Of a DNA stretch of 64,000 bases, positions 19,578 to 33,688 are shown in pieces. This stretch comes from Escherichia coli (GTDB taxonomy: Bacteria > Pseudomonadota > Gammaproteobacteria > Enterobacterales > Enterobacteriaceae), in the NCBI RefSeq assembly GCF_024223415.1, contig NZ_CP100500.1; one strand, given 5' to 3'. A program made the position numbers and the translations under genes. The notes under the pieces were generated by a model. The model was not told the DNA's origin, ran no database searches, and worked only from the letters and a program-made list of their open reading frames with translations. Each line of letters begins with the position of its first letter. The first letter of the stretch is position 1.

Positions 19578-21515
19578 TCAAATGGGGCGGATACTTTCTT
19601 CATCCAGCTCCGCATCGAAAAACCGACGCAGGGTCTGAATATTATTATCCGCAATAATGGACTCGCGCGCCTGCGCAAGTTTTTCTTCGTATATCGCCTG
19701 ACGCCACTCCAGCGGCGTACGCACCGCGGGATTATCATCTTCAACGATAGTCAGTTCAACCGTTGAACCTTTTAACATGCTCAACGCTTCAGCCAGTTTT
19801 TGCTGTGCACCGCGGTTGTTCAAATGCCGCTGAGAGGAGCGCAAATGCAGACATACTGCGTTGTCGCTCTCCTCTTTCCAGGCATTTAACGCCACCTGTT
19901 CGACCAGTTTTGGTAGCGAAAGTTGGCTCACCTGTGCCGCCCACGGGTCGCGCTCAATGGCTTCTGCCGCTAGCTTCGCCGCCAGTTCCGGCGTTTTTTC
20001 ATGTTCCAGCGCTTTTTTCAGCGCCTTCGGCGTGGCGACCACTTCTTTTTGCTGTATCACCGGAGTGGTCGCCTTCCAGCGATACGCTTCTTTTTTGGCT
20101 GGCGCTTTTTCCAGCGCCGATGGCACCGGACGCGCCTGAACGCGATCGGTGACCGAAGCCAGTCTTTCCAGCGCAGCGTTATTCACCGGCCGCGCGCGGG
20201 TAGCGGCTGCCGGTTCACTCTTTTTTGCTTTGGTTGCTCCCTGCACGCGCTGCAACTGCTGGCGCGCCGCCAGCACCTGGCTGGTGGTTTCCGGGAGCGG
20301 TACAGTCGGTGCCTGCTGCGGCGCTGATTGCGGTTGCGGTTGCGGCGGCACCTGGGTTGGCGTCATTACTGCCGTTGGCGCGACGGGTGCAAAGGACTGG
20401 CGTGGCACTTCTGGCTCAGGCAGCGGCATACGCGGATGGAACGCCAGCGCGCGCAGCAGCGTCATCTCAACGCCCATGCGGCGGTCCGGCGCATACGGTA
20501 ATTCTTTGCGACCAATCAACAGCGTCTGATAGTAAAGCTGAATATCCGTCGGCGGTATGGTGCGCGCCAGTTCACGCATCCGCAGCTCGATGGCGGCCAT
20601 GTCGTTGCCAAGTGCAGCAGGCGAAAGTTGTACCATCGCAATACGATGCAACAGGCCGAGCATTTCCACCAGCAACGCTTCCCACTCGATACCACGGGCA
20701 GCGGCTTCATTAATCAGCGCCATTACGCGCTCGCCGTTGGCCTCGACCATCGCTTCAACCAGCGACAGCGCCTGATCGTCGTCAAGCGTACCCAGCATCG
20801 CACTGACCGCCTGGGTTGAAACCTGGCCGTCACCGCTGGCAATCGCCTGGTCGGTCAGACTTAAGGCATCTCGCAGGCTGCCTTCAGCGGCGCGCGCCAG
20901 CAATTGCAGCGCCCGCGGCTCGTGAGCGATATGTTCTTCATTGAGGATGTGCTCAAGTTGATGGCGAATTTGCTCGACATCCAGCGCCTTGAGATGAAAT
21001 TGCAAACAGCGCGACAAAATCGTCACCGGCAATTTCTGTGGATCGGTCGTCGCCAGCAGAAACTTAACGTGCTCCGGCGGCTCTTCAAGAGTTTTTAACA
21101 GTGCGTTAAAGCTGTGGCGCGACAGCATATGCACTTCGTCGATGAGATAAACTTTGAAACGACCACGCGCCGGAGCGTACTGGACGTTATCCAGCAGGTC
21201 GCGAGTGTCTTCAACTTTGGTGCGCGAGGCGGCGTCGATTTCAATCAGATCGACAAAGCGCCCCTGCTCGATTTCACGACAGTTATCGCACACGCCGCAC
21301 GGCGTCGCGGTAATGCCGGTTTCGCAGTTTAGCCCCTTCGCCAGCAGTCGGGCGATAGAGGTTTTTCCGACGCCACGGGTACCGGAAAAAAGATAAGCAT
21401 GATGAATACGCCCTAACGACAAGCCGTTCGCCAGTGCGGTCAGCACATGTTCCTGGCCGACGACGTCAGCAAAGGTTTGTGGGCGCCATTTTCGGGCTAA
21501 GACCTGATAACTCAT
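19578..21515 (-). CDS. dnaX: DNA polymerase III tau/gamma subunit DnaX, 645 aa in this sequence
   Basis: ORF track; Walker A GTRGVGKT; internal recoding site. Confidence 0.96.
   Translation of the reverse strand: MSYQVLARKWRPQTFADVVGQEHVLTALANGLSLGRIHHAYLFSGTRGVGKTSIARLLAKGLNCETGITATPCGVCDNCREIEQGRFVDLIEIDAASRTKVEDTRDLLDNVQYAPARGRFKVYLIDEVHMLSRHSFNALLKTLEEPPEHVKFLLATTDPQKLPVTILSRCLQFHLKALDVEQIRHQLEHILNEEHIAHEPRALQLLARAAEGSLRDALSLTDQAIASGDGQVSTQAVSAMLGTLDDDQALSLVEAMVEANGERVMALINEAAARGIEWEALLVEMLGLLHRIAMVQLSPAALGNDMAAIELRMRELARTIPPTDIQLYYQTLLIGRKELPYAPDRRMGVEMTLLRALAFHPRMPLPEPEVPRQSFAPVAPTAVMTPTQVPPQPQPQSAPQQAPTVPLPETTSQVLAARQQLQRVQGATKAKKSEPAAATRARPVNNAALERLASVTDRVQARPVPSALEKAPAKKEAYRWKATTPVIQQKEVVATPKALKKALEHEKTPELAAKLAAEAIERDPWAAQVSQLSLPKLVEQVALNAWKEESDNAVCLHLRSSQRHLNNRGAQQKLAEALSMLKGSTVELTIVEDDNPAVRTPLEWRQAIYEEKLAQARESIIADNNIQTLRRFFDAELDEESIRPI
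20220..20226 (-). other. dnaX programmed -1 frameshift site (A AAA AAG) with downstream stem-loop, producing gamma
   Basis: Plus strand cttttttgc is the reverse complement of gcAAAAAAGag; GC-rich stem-loop at about 20170-20215. Confidence 0.8.
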
Positions 21516-21643
21516 TGGCAGGCTCTGAAACGCTGGAAGGTGGATTCACGAAGGGGTAATGCTAACACAGCCCCGTCAGAACGGCGAGGCTGAATGCACA
21601 TCTTGTGCTGTCCGTAGCGTGGGCAGCACAAGACTGGCGATAA

Positions 21644-22195
21644 TTAATGGCCCGGGAACGGGACAAGGCTGTAGCTGGTAATGCCCTGTTTTTCGAGACG
21701 CTGTTCGCCGCCGAGATCGAACAGGTTGATAATGAACGCAGCGTCAGCCACTTCACCACCCAGACGACGGATCAGTTTAACGGTCGCTTCGATAGTGCCG
21801 CCGGTTGCCAGCAGATCGTCCACCACCAGAACTTTGTCGCCCGGTTTGATGGCATCAACGTGGATCTCCAGCTGATCGGTGCCGTATTCCAGATCGTAAG
21901 TTTCACTGATAGTTTCACGCGGCAGTTTGCCCGGTTTACGGACCGGTACAAAGCCAACGCCCAGACCCAGAGCTACCGGAGCGCCAAACAAGAAGCCACG
22001 CGCTTCGGTGCCGACAACTTTGGTAATGCCCGCATTTTTGTAACGCTCAACCAGCAAGTCGATGCTGAGAGCGTAAGCTTTCGGGTCTTCCAGTAAGCTG
22101 GTGACATCGCGGAAAAGAATGCCGGGTTTTGGGTAGTCCTGAATGCTTTTGATGCTATTTTTGAGATACTCAAGCTGCTGTGCAGTCGCGGTCAT
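21644..22195 (-). CDS. apt: Adenine phosphoribosyltransferase Apt, 183 aa
   Basis: ORF track trimmed to [23 protein letters not shown]. Confidence 0.95.
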
Positions 22196-22347
22196 AAGTG
22201 TATGCCTGCTTGTTACGGTGGTACTCACGGCGCGTTTTAAACGTATCAAAAGTAACAGTTGTTTAACCTTTGACCGCCTGCGCCTGTGCTCGAAAACGCC
22301 AGAATGTACTGGCTGTACGCAATAATTGCAACTGCGATTGTTGTGCT

Positions 22348-22725
22348 TCAGTGCTTTTCTTGCTTTTCATCAATCACCGGAATTCGCCACATATAGAAAA
22401 GCAAACAGGCGAGAATTACCAGCAACATGATGCGCACCCATGGCATCTGGACGAACCACAGAGAAATGGCAAACGTGAGCAAAATAAGCAAAATCGCCCG
22501 CGGTTTGACGCCGCGCGGCATCGCATGATGTTTCTGCCAGAAACGTAGATAGCTGCCAAACCATGAGCGGTACAGCAACCAGGCGTGAAAGCGCGGGGAA
22601 GAACGGGCAAAGCACCAGGCCGCTAGCAGGATAAACGGCGTCGTCGGTAATACCGGTAATACCACGCCCAGCGTACCCAGCACTACCGCCAGCCAGCCAA
22701 TGATGATTAAAATGATTCGTTGCAT
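22348..22725 (-). CDS. ybaN: Inner membrane protein YbaN (DUF454), 125 aa
   Basis: ORF track; hydrophobic; synteny. Confidence 0.9.
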
Positions 22726-22794
22726 ATTGAGTGTTGTCAGCTTACAGAGTGGCTACTTTAGCATAACAATTATCATTTTCATTGAGGTCTTATC

Positions 22795-23322
22795 GTGAAA
22801 ACCGCCCTGCTGCTGGAAAAACTGGAAGGACAGCTCGCCACGCTGCGCCAGCGTTGTGCCCCGGTGTCACAGTTCGCCACGCTAAGTGCTCGTTTCGACA
22901 GGCATCTTTTTCAGACTCGTGCGACAACACTACAGGCTTGTCTCGACGAGGCGGGCGATAATCTGGCTGCGCTTCGTCATGCAGTTGAGCAGCAACAGCT
23001 GCCGCAAGTGGCCTGGCTGGCGGAACATCTGGCGGCACAACTGGAGGCTATAGCGCGTGAAGCCACAGCCTGGTCGCTACGCGAGTGGGATAGCGCACCA
23101 CCCAAAATTGCCCGCTGGCAGCGTAAACGTATTCAGCATCAGGATTTTGAGCGGCGGCTACGTGAGATGGTTGCCGAACGCAGAGCCCGCCTGGCGCAGG
23201 TAACCGATCTCGTGGAACAGCAAACGCTGCATCGTGAAGTGGAAGCCTATGAAGCGCGCCTGGCACGCTGCCGCCATGCGCTGGAAAAAATCGAAAACAG
23301 GTTAGCGCGTTTAACCCGCTAG
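22795..23322 (+). CDS. priC: Primosomal replication protein N'' PriC, 175 aa (GTG start)
   Basis: ORF track; recalled protein. Confidence 0.93.
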   Translation: MKTALLLEKLEGQLATLRQRCAPVSQFATLSARFDRHLFQTRATTLQACLDEAGDNLAALRHAVEQQQLPQVAWLAEHLAAQLEAIAREATAWSLREWDSAPPKIARWQRKRIQHQDFERRLREMVAERRARLAQVTDLVEQQTLHREVEAYEARLARCRHALEKIENRLARLTR

Positions 23323-23335
23323 CAATGGAGAGAGT

Positions 23336-23497
23336 ATGTCACTGGAAAATGCCCCCGACGATGTCAAACTGGCCGTCGATTTAATTGTGCTGCTGGAAGA
23401 AAATCAGATCCCAGCCCGCACCGTGCTGCGCGCGCTGGATATTGTAAAGCGTGATTATGAAAAGAAATTAACGCGCGATGATGAGGCGGAAAAGTGA
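23336..23497 (+). CDS. ybaM: Small protein YbaM (DUF2496), 53 aa
   Basis: Manual translation [53 protein letters not shown]; below the ORF-track size cut-off. Confidence 0.75.
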   Translation: MSLENAPDDVKLAVDLIVLLEENQIPARTVLRALDIVKRDYEKKLTRDDEAEK

Positions 23498-23550
23498 GAA
23501 ATAAATGGGGTGGCTAAATGTCCCCTAAGGTTGCGGGCAAACGCAAAACT

Positions 23551-23650
23551 GCCTGATGCGCTACGCTTATCAGGCCTACACCGATCCTGCAATATATTGA
23601 ATTTTTGCGGTTTCGTAGGCCGGATAAGGCGGTCACGCCGCATCCGGCAT
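23551..23650. repeat. REP/BIME elements between ybaM and mscK
   Basis: gcctgatgcgctacgcttatcaggcctac and gtaggccggataaggcggtcacgccgcatccggc. Confidence 0.8.
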
Positions 23651-23708
23651 GAACAACGCGCACTTTGTTAGCAATCTCGGGGCAACAAAATGTCGCCCCC
23701 TTTCGTTA

Positions 23709-26700
23709 TTACCCTACCGCTGGCGTCGGGTCGTCGCCTTTGTAGTCGCGTTTTACTTCCGTCACCTCATCGCCCTTCTCGTTGTGCAGATGCACTTCAA
23801 GCTGGTTAAAGGCAATGTTGATGTCGTTTTCACGGCACAGCTGATCGATAGTACGGTTCAGCTCATCGACAGTACGGCTACGGTCACGCAGTTCACGCAC
23901 ATACAGACGCAGCTCATGATCCAACGTGCTGGCACCAAATGCCGTAAAGAAGACTTCCGGCATTGGTTCGTGCATCACCCTTGGGTGCTCAGTCGCCGCC
24001 TTCAGTAACACTTTACGCACTTTTTCCAGATCGGAGCCATAGGCCACGCCGAGACGGATCACCAGACGCGTAGTAGTGTCAGTCAACGACCAGTTGATCA
24101 GACGCTCGGTAACAAACGCTTTGTTCGGGATGATCACTTCTTTGCGATCGAAATCGGTAATCGTTGTCGCACGAATACGGATCTTACTTACCGTCCCCGA
24201 GAAGCTACCAATGGTTACCGTATCGCCAATACGCACCGGACGTTCGAATAGAATGATCAAACCGGAGACGAAGTTACCGAAAATTTCTTGTAAACCAAAA
24301 CCAAGACCTACGGATAATGCTGCTGCCAGCCACTGGAGTTTATCCCAAGAGACGCCCAGCGATCCGAACACCGTCATCGCACCAACAGCAATAATGATGT
24401 AGTTAAGGATGGTAGTAATGGCATACGACGCGCCCTGGCGCATATTCAGTCGCGAGAGCACCAGCACTTCTAGTAAACCAGGCAGGTTGCGAATCAACGC
24501 CCAGGCCACCATTGAGGCGATAATCGCAAACAACAGACTGCCCATGGTGACGTTTTTCACCACCGCAGCGCCAGCTTCAGTGCCGTTGTAATGCCAGAGC
24601 GTGATGCTGTCGAGATAGCTGAACACGGTGATCAAATCGGACCAAATTGCCCAGAACATGACACCGAACAGCGCAAACATCAGCAACATGGTAATACGCA
24701 GCGTCTGCTGGTTAACCTGTTCCAGTGCAATGGTGGGTTCTTCCGGCGGTTCGGCACCTTCTGCGCCCTCTTTCACCAGATTCTGCCGACGCGCCAGCGC
24801 ACGACGCCAGGCGATACGCCGCGCCGCTACGCTTAAGCCGCGCAATACCGTCTGGTAGAGCAAGTTCCAGATGATCACCAGATAAACGGTTTCAATCCAA
24901 CGCCCGGAGAGGCGCAGCGTGGTGTAGAAATAACCCGTGGCAGTCAGCACCATCAATGCAATCGGGATAATCGACAGCACGGTAATGGTGACCAGTCGCA
25001 TGGTGTGCGACTCTTTATCACGCCAGCTTTCGCGGCACATTGGCCATACCAGGAAGGCAATCAGCAGCAGGTTGAAGAAAATCATCGCCTGCCCCAGCAC
25101 ATCATCCATCAGATGCAGCGGGGAAAGTTCTGCCACCACAGACCAGAAATGGATAGGCAGCAACGCGAGACTGATGCGGACAATTTGCCGACGCCAGTGG
25201 CTGGTCTGCTGCTCCGGCATGCCGAAGTGACGCACGGCAACGCCATTTTTCTCCAGTACCTTCCAGCACAGGCCAAACACCAGCCAGAAAATCGCCAGTT
25301 TTTTACTGAACGACCATAGCAGTTCGCTGATGTTGAGCTGCATGGTCAACAGAATCAGGCCAACCGCGAGAATAATCAGGCACACCGGCAGTGCACGGAT
25401 CAGGTCGATAAGGATCGCTTTTGGTGTGTTGAGCTGGCTGTCGTTACGCAGGGAACCCACAGCGGAAGCCAGTTTTTGTTGATACGCTTTCAGCCACCCC
25501 AGACGCCAGTGGATCAGCCCGGCAATCAACAGCAGCGGCAAACCAGCGAGGAAAGCGATAAAAACGGCGGGCCAGGCTTTTTCCCAGTTCACCGTAATTT
25601 TCATCGACTTAAATTCATCTTTCAGGCTTTGCGGGAACGCTTTGATCCAGTCCCAGTCCATTGGACGGTTACTGTTCACCCAAAAGATTTGCTGAGTCAG
25701 GATGGATTTCAGGTTTTTCGACACACTCATTAACTGCTGCTGGTTGATTTGCAGGTTAATGGCCATCATCAGCTGGTTACCCAACTGTTTGTTGAGTTGA
25801 TCCAGCAATTCGCGACGCATATCAACCACTTGCAATAACGCATCGTGAACTTCGCTGTTGACTTCGTTGGTGTGACCTTCTTCCAGTTTGTTGACGAACG
25901 CATCGCTCTGGAAGAGTGCATCACGCTGCTGGTTAACTTCAAACTGTTCGAGACGCAAATCCGCGATGCGGTTGGTCATGTTTTCCAGTTCATCCGCCGA
26001 GGGCAGCGTTTGTTGTTGCTGGTAAAGGATACGAGACAACAGCAGGCTGCCCTTCAGGACGGCAATCTGCTCTTTAATATTGCGTTCCGATTGCAGCGCC
26101 CGCTCCAGCCAGTTTTTGACTTTAATGTTTTGCTGCATCAACTGATTACCGTTTTCAGTCGCGGTAATCAGACGCTGACTTAACTGCTGGTTAATTTCCA
26201 GTTCCTGCTTCACCAGCGGATTAGCCTGAATACGCGCGGCTTCATCCGGGGAGACGGCTTCCTGCGCCGTTTTTTCGGTTAAAGTCAGGCGCTTGCTGTT
26301 TACCGCTTCTTGCAACAGTTGCAACTGGTGCTCCAGACGGGCGCTGTTCGCCGTCACGTAATCACGTTGCTTTTGCAAGGTATCCTGCAAGACGGTATTC
26401 CCTTCCAGGCTTTTACGCTGCTGGTCAATCTCCGCATTCAGCAACGCCTGCTGAGCCTGCATTAACACTTTCTGGCTGGGACGTAAGGCAGTCTCGCCGA
26501 CATCAGTCCCATCCAGACGACTGCGAATTTGTTGCAGCTGCTGCGAAGCGTTATACATCGCATTTTGCACGCGTTCGGGCTGCGTCTGTAACGAAACCAG
26601 CTGGCTGTTATAAGACGCCAGATCGTTTTGTGCGTTTTGCAAATCGTCCAGCGCCTGGGCAACGCGAGTTTCCAGCTGGCGCAACGAAAGCGTGCTCAGA

Positions 26701-27071
26701 ATTTTGCGCGTTTCTTCGTCGTTATCGACATCGCTAAGTGCTGTTAACGCCGCGGTCGCCTGGCGCATTTTTTCCGGCGCTTCAGCGACTTTTTGCCGTA
26801 GCTGAACGGTCTCTTCTTTTACGCGATCGATTTTATCGAGGGTGGCTAATGTATCTGTCAGATCCTGCTGCACCAGTTTGTCCTGAGCAGAAAGATCTTT
26901 TTGTTTATTTAATGAGTCAAGTTGCGCCTGCAGGTCCGCTTTTGTCGGCAGATCACCATTCGATGACGCCCGCGCAAACGCCGTGTTCTGGCATAACAAG
27001 ACAAAAACAAAAGCAATAAATGCTGAAAAAACAAAATGCCGTGATCGTTTGTAATACTGGAACATAGTCAT
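23709..27071 (-). CDS. mscK: Potassium-dependent mechanosensitive channel MscK (KefA/AefA), 1120 aa
   Basis: ORF track; signal peptide, long periplasmic coiled-coil region, TM block, MscS-like C-terminal domain. Confidence 0.95.
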   Translation of the reverse strand: MTMFQYYKRSRHFVFSAFIAFVFVLLCQNTAFARASSNGDLPTKADLQAQLDSLNKQKDLSAQDKLVQQDLTDTLATLDKIDRVKEETVQLRQKVAEAPEKMRQATAALTALSDVDNDEETRKILSTLSLRQLETRVAQALDDLQNAQNDLASYNSQLVSLQTQPERVQNAMYNASQQLQQIRSRLDGTDVGETALRPSQKVLMQAQQALLNAEIDQQRKSLEGNTVLQDTLQKQRDYVTANSARLEHQLQLLQEAVNSKRLTLTEKTAQEAVSPDEAARIQANPLVKQELEINQQLSQRLITATENGNQLMQQNIKVKNWLERALQSERNIKEQIAVLKGSLLLSRILYQQQQTLPSADELENMTNRIADLRLEQFEVNQQRDALFQSDAFVNKLEEGHTNEVNSEVHDALLQVVDMRRELLDQLNKQLGNQLMMAINLQINQQQLMSVSKNLKSILTQQIFWVNSNRPMDWDWIKAFPQSLKDEFKSMKITVNWEKAWPAVFIAFLAGLPLLLIAGLIHWRLGWLKAYQQKLASAVGSLRNDSQLNTPKAILIDLIRALPVCLIILAVGLILLTMQLNISELLWSFSKKLAIFWLVFGLCWKVLEKNGVAVRHFGMPEQQTSHWRRQIVRISLALLPIHFWSVVAELSPLHLMDDVLGQAMIFFNLLLIAFLVWPMCRESWRDKESHTMRLVTITVLSIIPIALMVLTATGYFYTTLRLSGRWIETVYLVIIWNLLYQTVLRGLSVAARRIAWRRALARRQNLVKEGAEGAEPPEEPTIALEQVNQQTLRITMLLMFALFGVMFWAIWSDLITVFSYLDSITLWHYNGTEAGAAVVKNVTMGSLLFAIIASMVAWALIRNLPGLLEVLVLSRLNMRQGASYAITTILNYIIIAVGAMTVFGSLGVSWDKLQWLAAALSVGLGFGLQEIFGNFVSGLIILFERPVRIGDTVTIGSFSGTVSKIRIRATTITDFDRKEVIIPNKAFVTERLINWSLTDTTTRLVIRLGVAYGSDLEKVRKVLLKAATEHPRVMHEPMPEVFFTAFGASTLDHELRLYVRELRDRSRTVDELNRTIDQLCRENDINIAFNQLEVHLHNEKGDEVTEVKRDYKGDDPTPAVG

Positions 27072-27198
27072 GATGAATGAAGGTTTCTGAACCTGAAGAA
27101 CGACCTGAAAAAGTCAAACCGCAAGAATATCACGACGCAGTGAACCAGAATAGCAACGACGAAAATGTCCAGGAAAAATCCTGGAGTCAGATTCAGGG

Positions 27199-27846
27199 TT
27201 ATTCGTTAGTGGCAGGATTACGAAGCGTGGGGCACAGGAGATACATCTCCAGTAAGATGGCAACGTAATCGCGGGCTTCTTTTTTAAGATCAAAAGATTG
27301 CGGGGCAAAGAGCCAGTTTTCCATCAGGCCGGAAATATAGCCGCGCATAATAATTGCTGCGCGACGCGTCATTAAATCCGCAGGCAACATTTTCGCTTCA
27401 ATACAATGTTTTAACGTTTGTTCTATACGGTCATAACTTTCCAGACAGAGATTACGTTGTGCCTGTTGCACAACAGCCATTTCTCCGACAAATTCGCATT
27501 TGTGGAATATAATCTCCATCAATAATCGACGCCGTTCTTCTGTCACCGTGGATTCAAGAACATGAATTAATATCTCTCTTAATACTGAGAGTGGATCGCC
27601 AGGGAATTTTGCCTGATACTCAAGCTCTAGTTCACCAATATTGGATTCTGACAGTTCCCAGATCTCACTGAACAAATCCGACTTATCTTTAAAATGCCAG
27701 TAGATTGCACCGCGCGTAACGCCAGCTGCTTTTGCAATCTCGCCCAGCGAGGTGGATGATACCCCCTGCTGTGAGAAAAGACGTAGAGCCACATCGAGGA
27801 TGTGTTGGCGCGTTTCTTGCGCTTCTTGTTTGGTTTTTCGTGCCAT
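27199..27846 (-). CDS. acrR: TetR-family repressor AcrR, 215 aa
   Basis: ORF track; divergent from acrAB. Confidence 0.96.
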
Positions 27847-27874
27847 ATGTTCGTGAATTTACAGGCGTTAGATT

Positions 27875-27898
27875 TACATACATTTGTGAATGTATGTA
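27875..27898. promoter_or_regulatory. AcrR operator, 24-bp palindrome in the acrR-acrA divergent promoter region
   Basis: tacatacatttgtgaatgtatgta between acrR and acrA. Confidence 0.8.
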
Positions 27899-27987
27899 CC
27901 ATAGCACGACGATAATATAAACGCAGCAATGGGTTTATTAACTTTTGACCATTGACCAATTTGAAATCGGACACTCGAGGTTTACAT

Positions 27988-29181
27988 ATGAACAAAAACA
28001 GAGGGTTTACGCCTCTGGCGGTCGTTCTGATGCTCTCAGGCAGCTTAGCCCTAACAGGATGTGACGACAAACAGGCCCAACAAGGTGGCCAGCAGATGCC
28101 CGCCGTTGGCGTAGTAACAGTCAAAACTGAACCTCTGCAGATCACAACCGAGCTTCCGGGTCGCACCAGTGCCTACCGGATCGCAGAAGTTCGTCCTCAA
28201 GTTAGCGGGATTATCCTGAAGCGTAATTTCAAAGAAGGTAGCGACATCGAAGCAGGTGTCTCTCTCTATCAGATTGATCCTGCGACCTATCAGGCGACAT
28301 ACGACAGTGCGAAAGGTGATCTGGCGAAAGCCCAGGCTGCAGCCAATATCGCGCAATTGACGGTGAATCGTTATCAGAAACTGCTCGGTACTCAGTACAT
28401 CAGTAAGCAAGAGTACGATCAGGCTCTGGCTGATGCGCAACAGGCGAATGCTGCGGTAACTGCGGCGAAAGCTGCTGTTGAAACTGCGCGGATCAATCTG
28501 GCTTACACCAAAGTCACCTCTCCGATTAGCGGTCGCATTGGTAAGTCGAACGTGACGGAAGGCGCATTGGTACAGAACGGTCAGGCGACTGCGCTGGCAA
28601 CCGTGCAGCAACTTGATCCGATCTACGTTGATGTGACCCAGTCCAGCAACGACTTCCTGCGCCTGAAACAGGAACTGGCGAATGGCACGCTGAAACAAGA
28701 GAACGGCAAAGCCAAAGTGTCGCTGATCACCAGTGACGGCATTAAGTTCCCGCAGGACGGTACGCTGGAATTCTCTGACGTTACCGTTGATCAGACCACT
28801 GGGTCTATCACACTACGCGCTATCTTCCCGAACCCGGATCACACTCTGCTGCCGGGTATGTTCGTGCGCGCACGTCTGGAAGAAGGGCTTAATCCAAACG
28901 CTATTTTAGTCCCGCAACAGGGCGTAACCCGTACGCCGCGTGGCGATGCCACCGTACTGGTAGTTGGCGCGGATGACAAAGTGGAAACCCGTCCGATCGT
29001 TGCAAGCCAGGCTATTGGCGATAAGTGGCTGGTGACAGAAGGTCTGAAAGCAGGCGATCGCGTAGTAATAAGTGGGCTGCAGAAAGTGCGTCCTGGTGTC
29101 CAGGTAAAAGCACAAGAAGTTACCGCTGATAATAACCAGCAAGCCGCAAGCGGTGCTCAGCCTGAACAGTCCAAGTCTTAA
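27988..29181 (+). CDS. acrA: Multidrug efflux periplasmic adaptor lipoprotein AcrA, 397 aa
   Basis: ORF track trimmed to MNKNRGFTPLAVVLMLSGSLALTGC lipobox. Confidence 0.96.
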   Translation: MNKNRGFTPLAVVLMLSGSLALTGCDDKQAQQGGQQMPAVGVVTVKTEPLQITTELPGRTSAYRIAEVRPQVSGIILKRNFKEGSDIEAGVSLYQIDPATYQATYDSAKGDLAKAQAAANIAQLTVNRYQKLLGTQYISKQEYDQALADAQQANAAVTAAKAAVETARINLAYTKVTSPISGRIGKSNVTEGALVQNGQATALATVQQLDPIYVDVTQSSNDFLRLKQELANGTLKQENGKAKVSLITSDGIKFPQDGTLEFSDVTVDQTTGSITLRAIFPNPDHTLLPGMFVRARLEEGLNPNAILVPQQGVTRTPRGDATVLVVGADDKVETRPIVASQAIGDKWLVTEGLKAGDRVVISGLQKVRPGVQVKAQEVTADNNQQAASGAQPEQSKS

Positions 29182-29200
29182 CTTAAACAGGAGCCGTTAA

Positions 29201-32353
<3,153 letters not shown>

Positions 32354-32372
32354 TACAACGTGTAATCACTAA

Positions 32373-32394
32373 GGCCGCGTAAGCGGCCTTTTTT
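32373..32394 (+). terminator. Rho-independent terminator of acrAB
   Basis: ggccgcgtaagcggcc hairpin plus T6 about 20 nt after the acrB stop. Confidence 0.75.
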
Positions 32395-32898
32395 ATGCAT
32401 AACCTACGAACATTAAGGAGTAATTGAACCACCAACTCAGGATCTCATACGAAAACCAGTATTAACCACGGATAAAATTCATAAAAAATACTGATTGTTA
32501 GTTAATTTATATTAAGTAGCGCTAATAGATTTAATAATCCATAATCATTTAGAGGCTATTCTTAATTATTTGCGGTAATTCTTTATTCATTCCTCGGTTA
32601 TTACGTCATATTCAGAGCAATCCTGGTATTAGTGTCACCAATTTCATCTGGCGATAATCCTGAAATGTTATGAACAGTTCGAGCAAACTGCTTTTACCTG
32701 CTGCGGGTTGGTGCTAGTATGAAAAAGTGAGCCCTGTCCCGCTTCCTTCCTAATTGTAATTTTTCGTAATAATGCGATGAAAACCTGCAAAGAGTGGCTT
32801 ATAGTTAAGCTAACAAACGAGAGGGCAAGTCCAGGTCAGTAAGTTTTTTCCATCCCGAAAGGTGTCCGTTAGTTCAACCGCTAAGAAGGGGACGCGTT

Positions 32899-33273
32899 AT
32901 GGATGAATACTCACCCAAAAGACATGATATCGCACAGCTTAAGTTTCTCTGTGAAACCCTGTATCATGACTGCCTTGCAAACCTTGAAGAAAGCAATCAT
33001 GGCTGGGTAAACGACCCAACCTCGGCGATCAACCTCCAGTTGAATGAACTGATTGAGCATATTGCGACCTTCGCACTTAATTACAAAATTAAGTATAATG
33101 AAGACAATAAGCTCATTGAGCAGATCGACGAATATCTGGATGACACCTTTATGTTGTTCAGTAGTTATGGTATTAATATGCAGGATCTTCAGAAATGGCG
33201 GAAGTCAGGTAATCGACTATTCCGTTGTTTTGTCAATGCGACGAAAGAGAATCCTGCGAGTTTATCTTGTTAG
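32899..33273 (+). CDS. tomB: Hha toxicity modulator TomB (YbaJ), 124 aa
   Basis: ORF track; recalled protein; directly upstream of hha. Confidence 0.93.
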
Positions 33274-33298
33274 AATTATTACAACCATGGGTAGAAGT

Positions 33299-33517
33299 AT
33301 GTCCGAAAAACCTTTAACGAAAACCGATTATTTAATGCGTTTACGTCGTTGCCAGACAATTGACACGCTGGAGCGTGTTATCGAGAAAAATAAATACGAA
33401 TTATCAGATAATGAACTGGCGGTATTTTACTCAGCCGCAGATCACCGCCTCGCCGAATTGACCATGAATAAACTGTACGACAAGATCCCTTCCTCAGTAT
33501 GGAAATTTATTCGCTAA
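33299..33517 (+). CDS. hha: Haemolysin expression modulator Hha, 72 aa
   Basis: C-terminal 72 codons of ORF 33053..33517 read [72 protein letters not shown]. Confidence 0.93.
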
Positions 33518-33688
33518 TAAATAATTCGCTTTCGGAGCTATAACCGGCTGTTTATTAAGAATTTTATACTTTTTCGCCATGAAGACATACCCTATGTGAT
33601 CTTTATCACACAGATGTAATGGGAACGTTCTCTTCACTGACTTTTCGTCTTACTGTGTTGCCGCATTTTCAGCAACCGGAGGTCAGTA

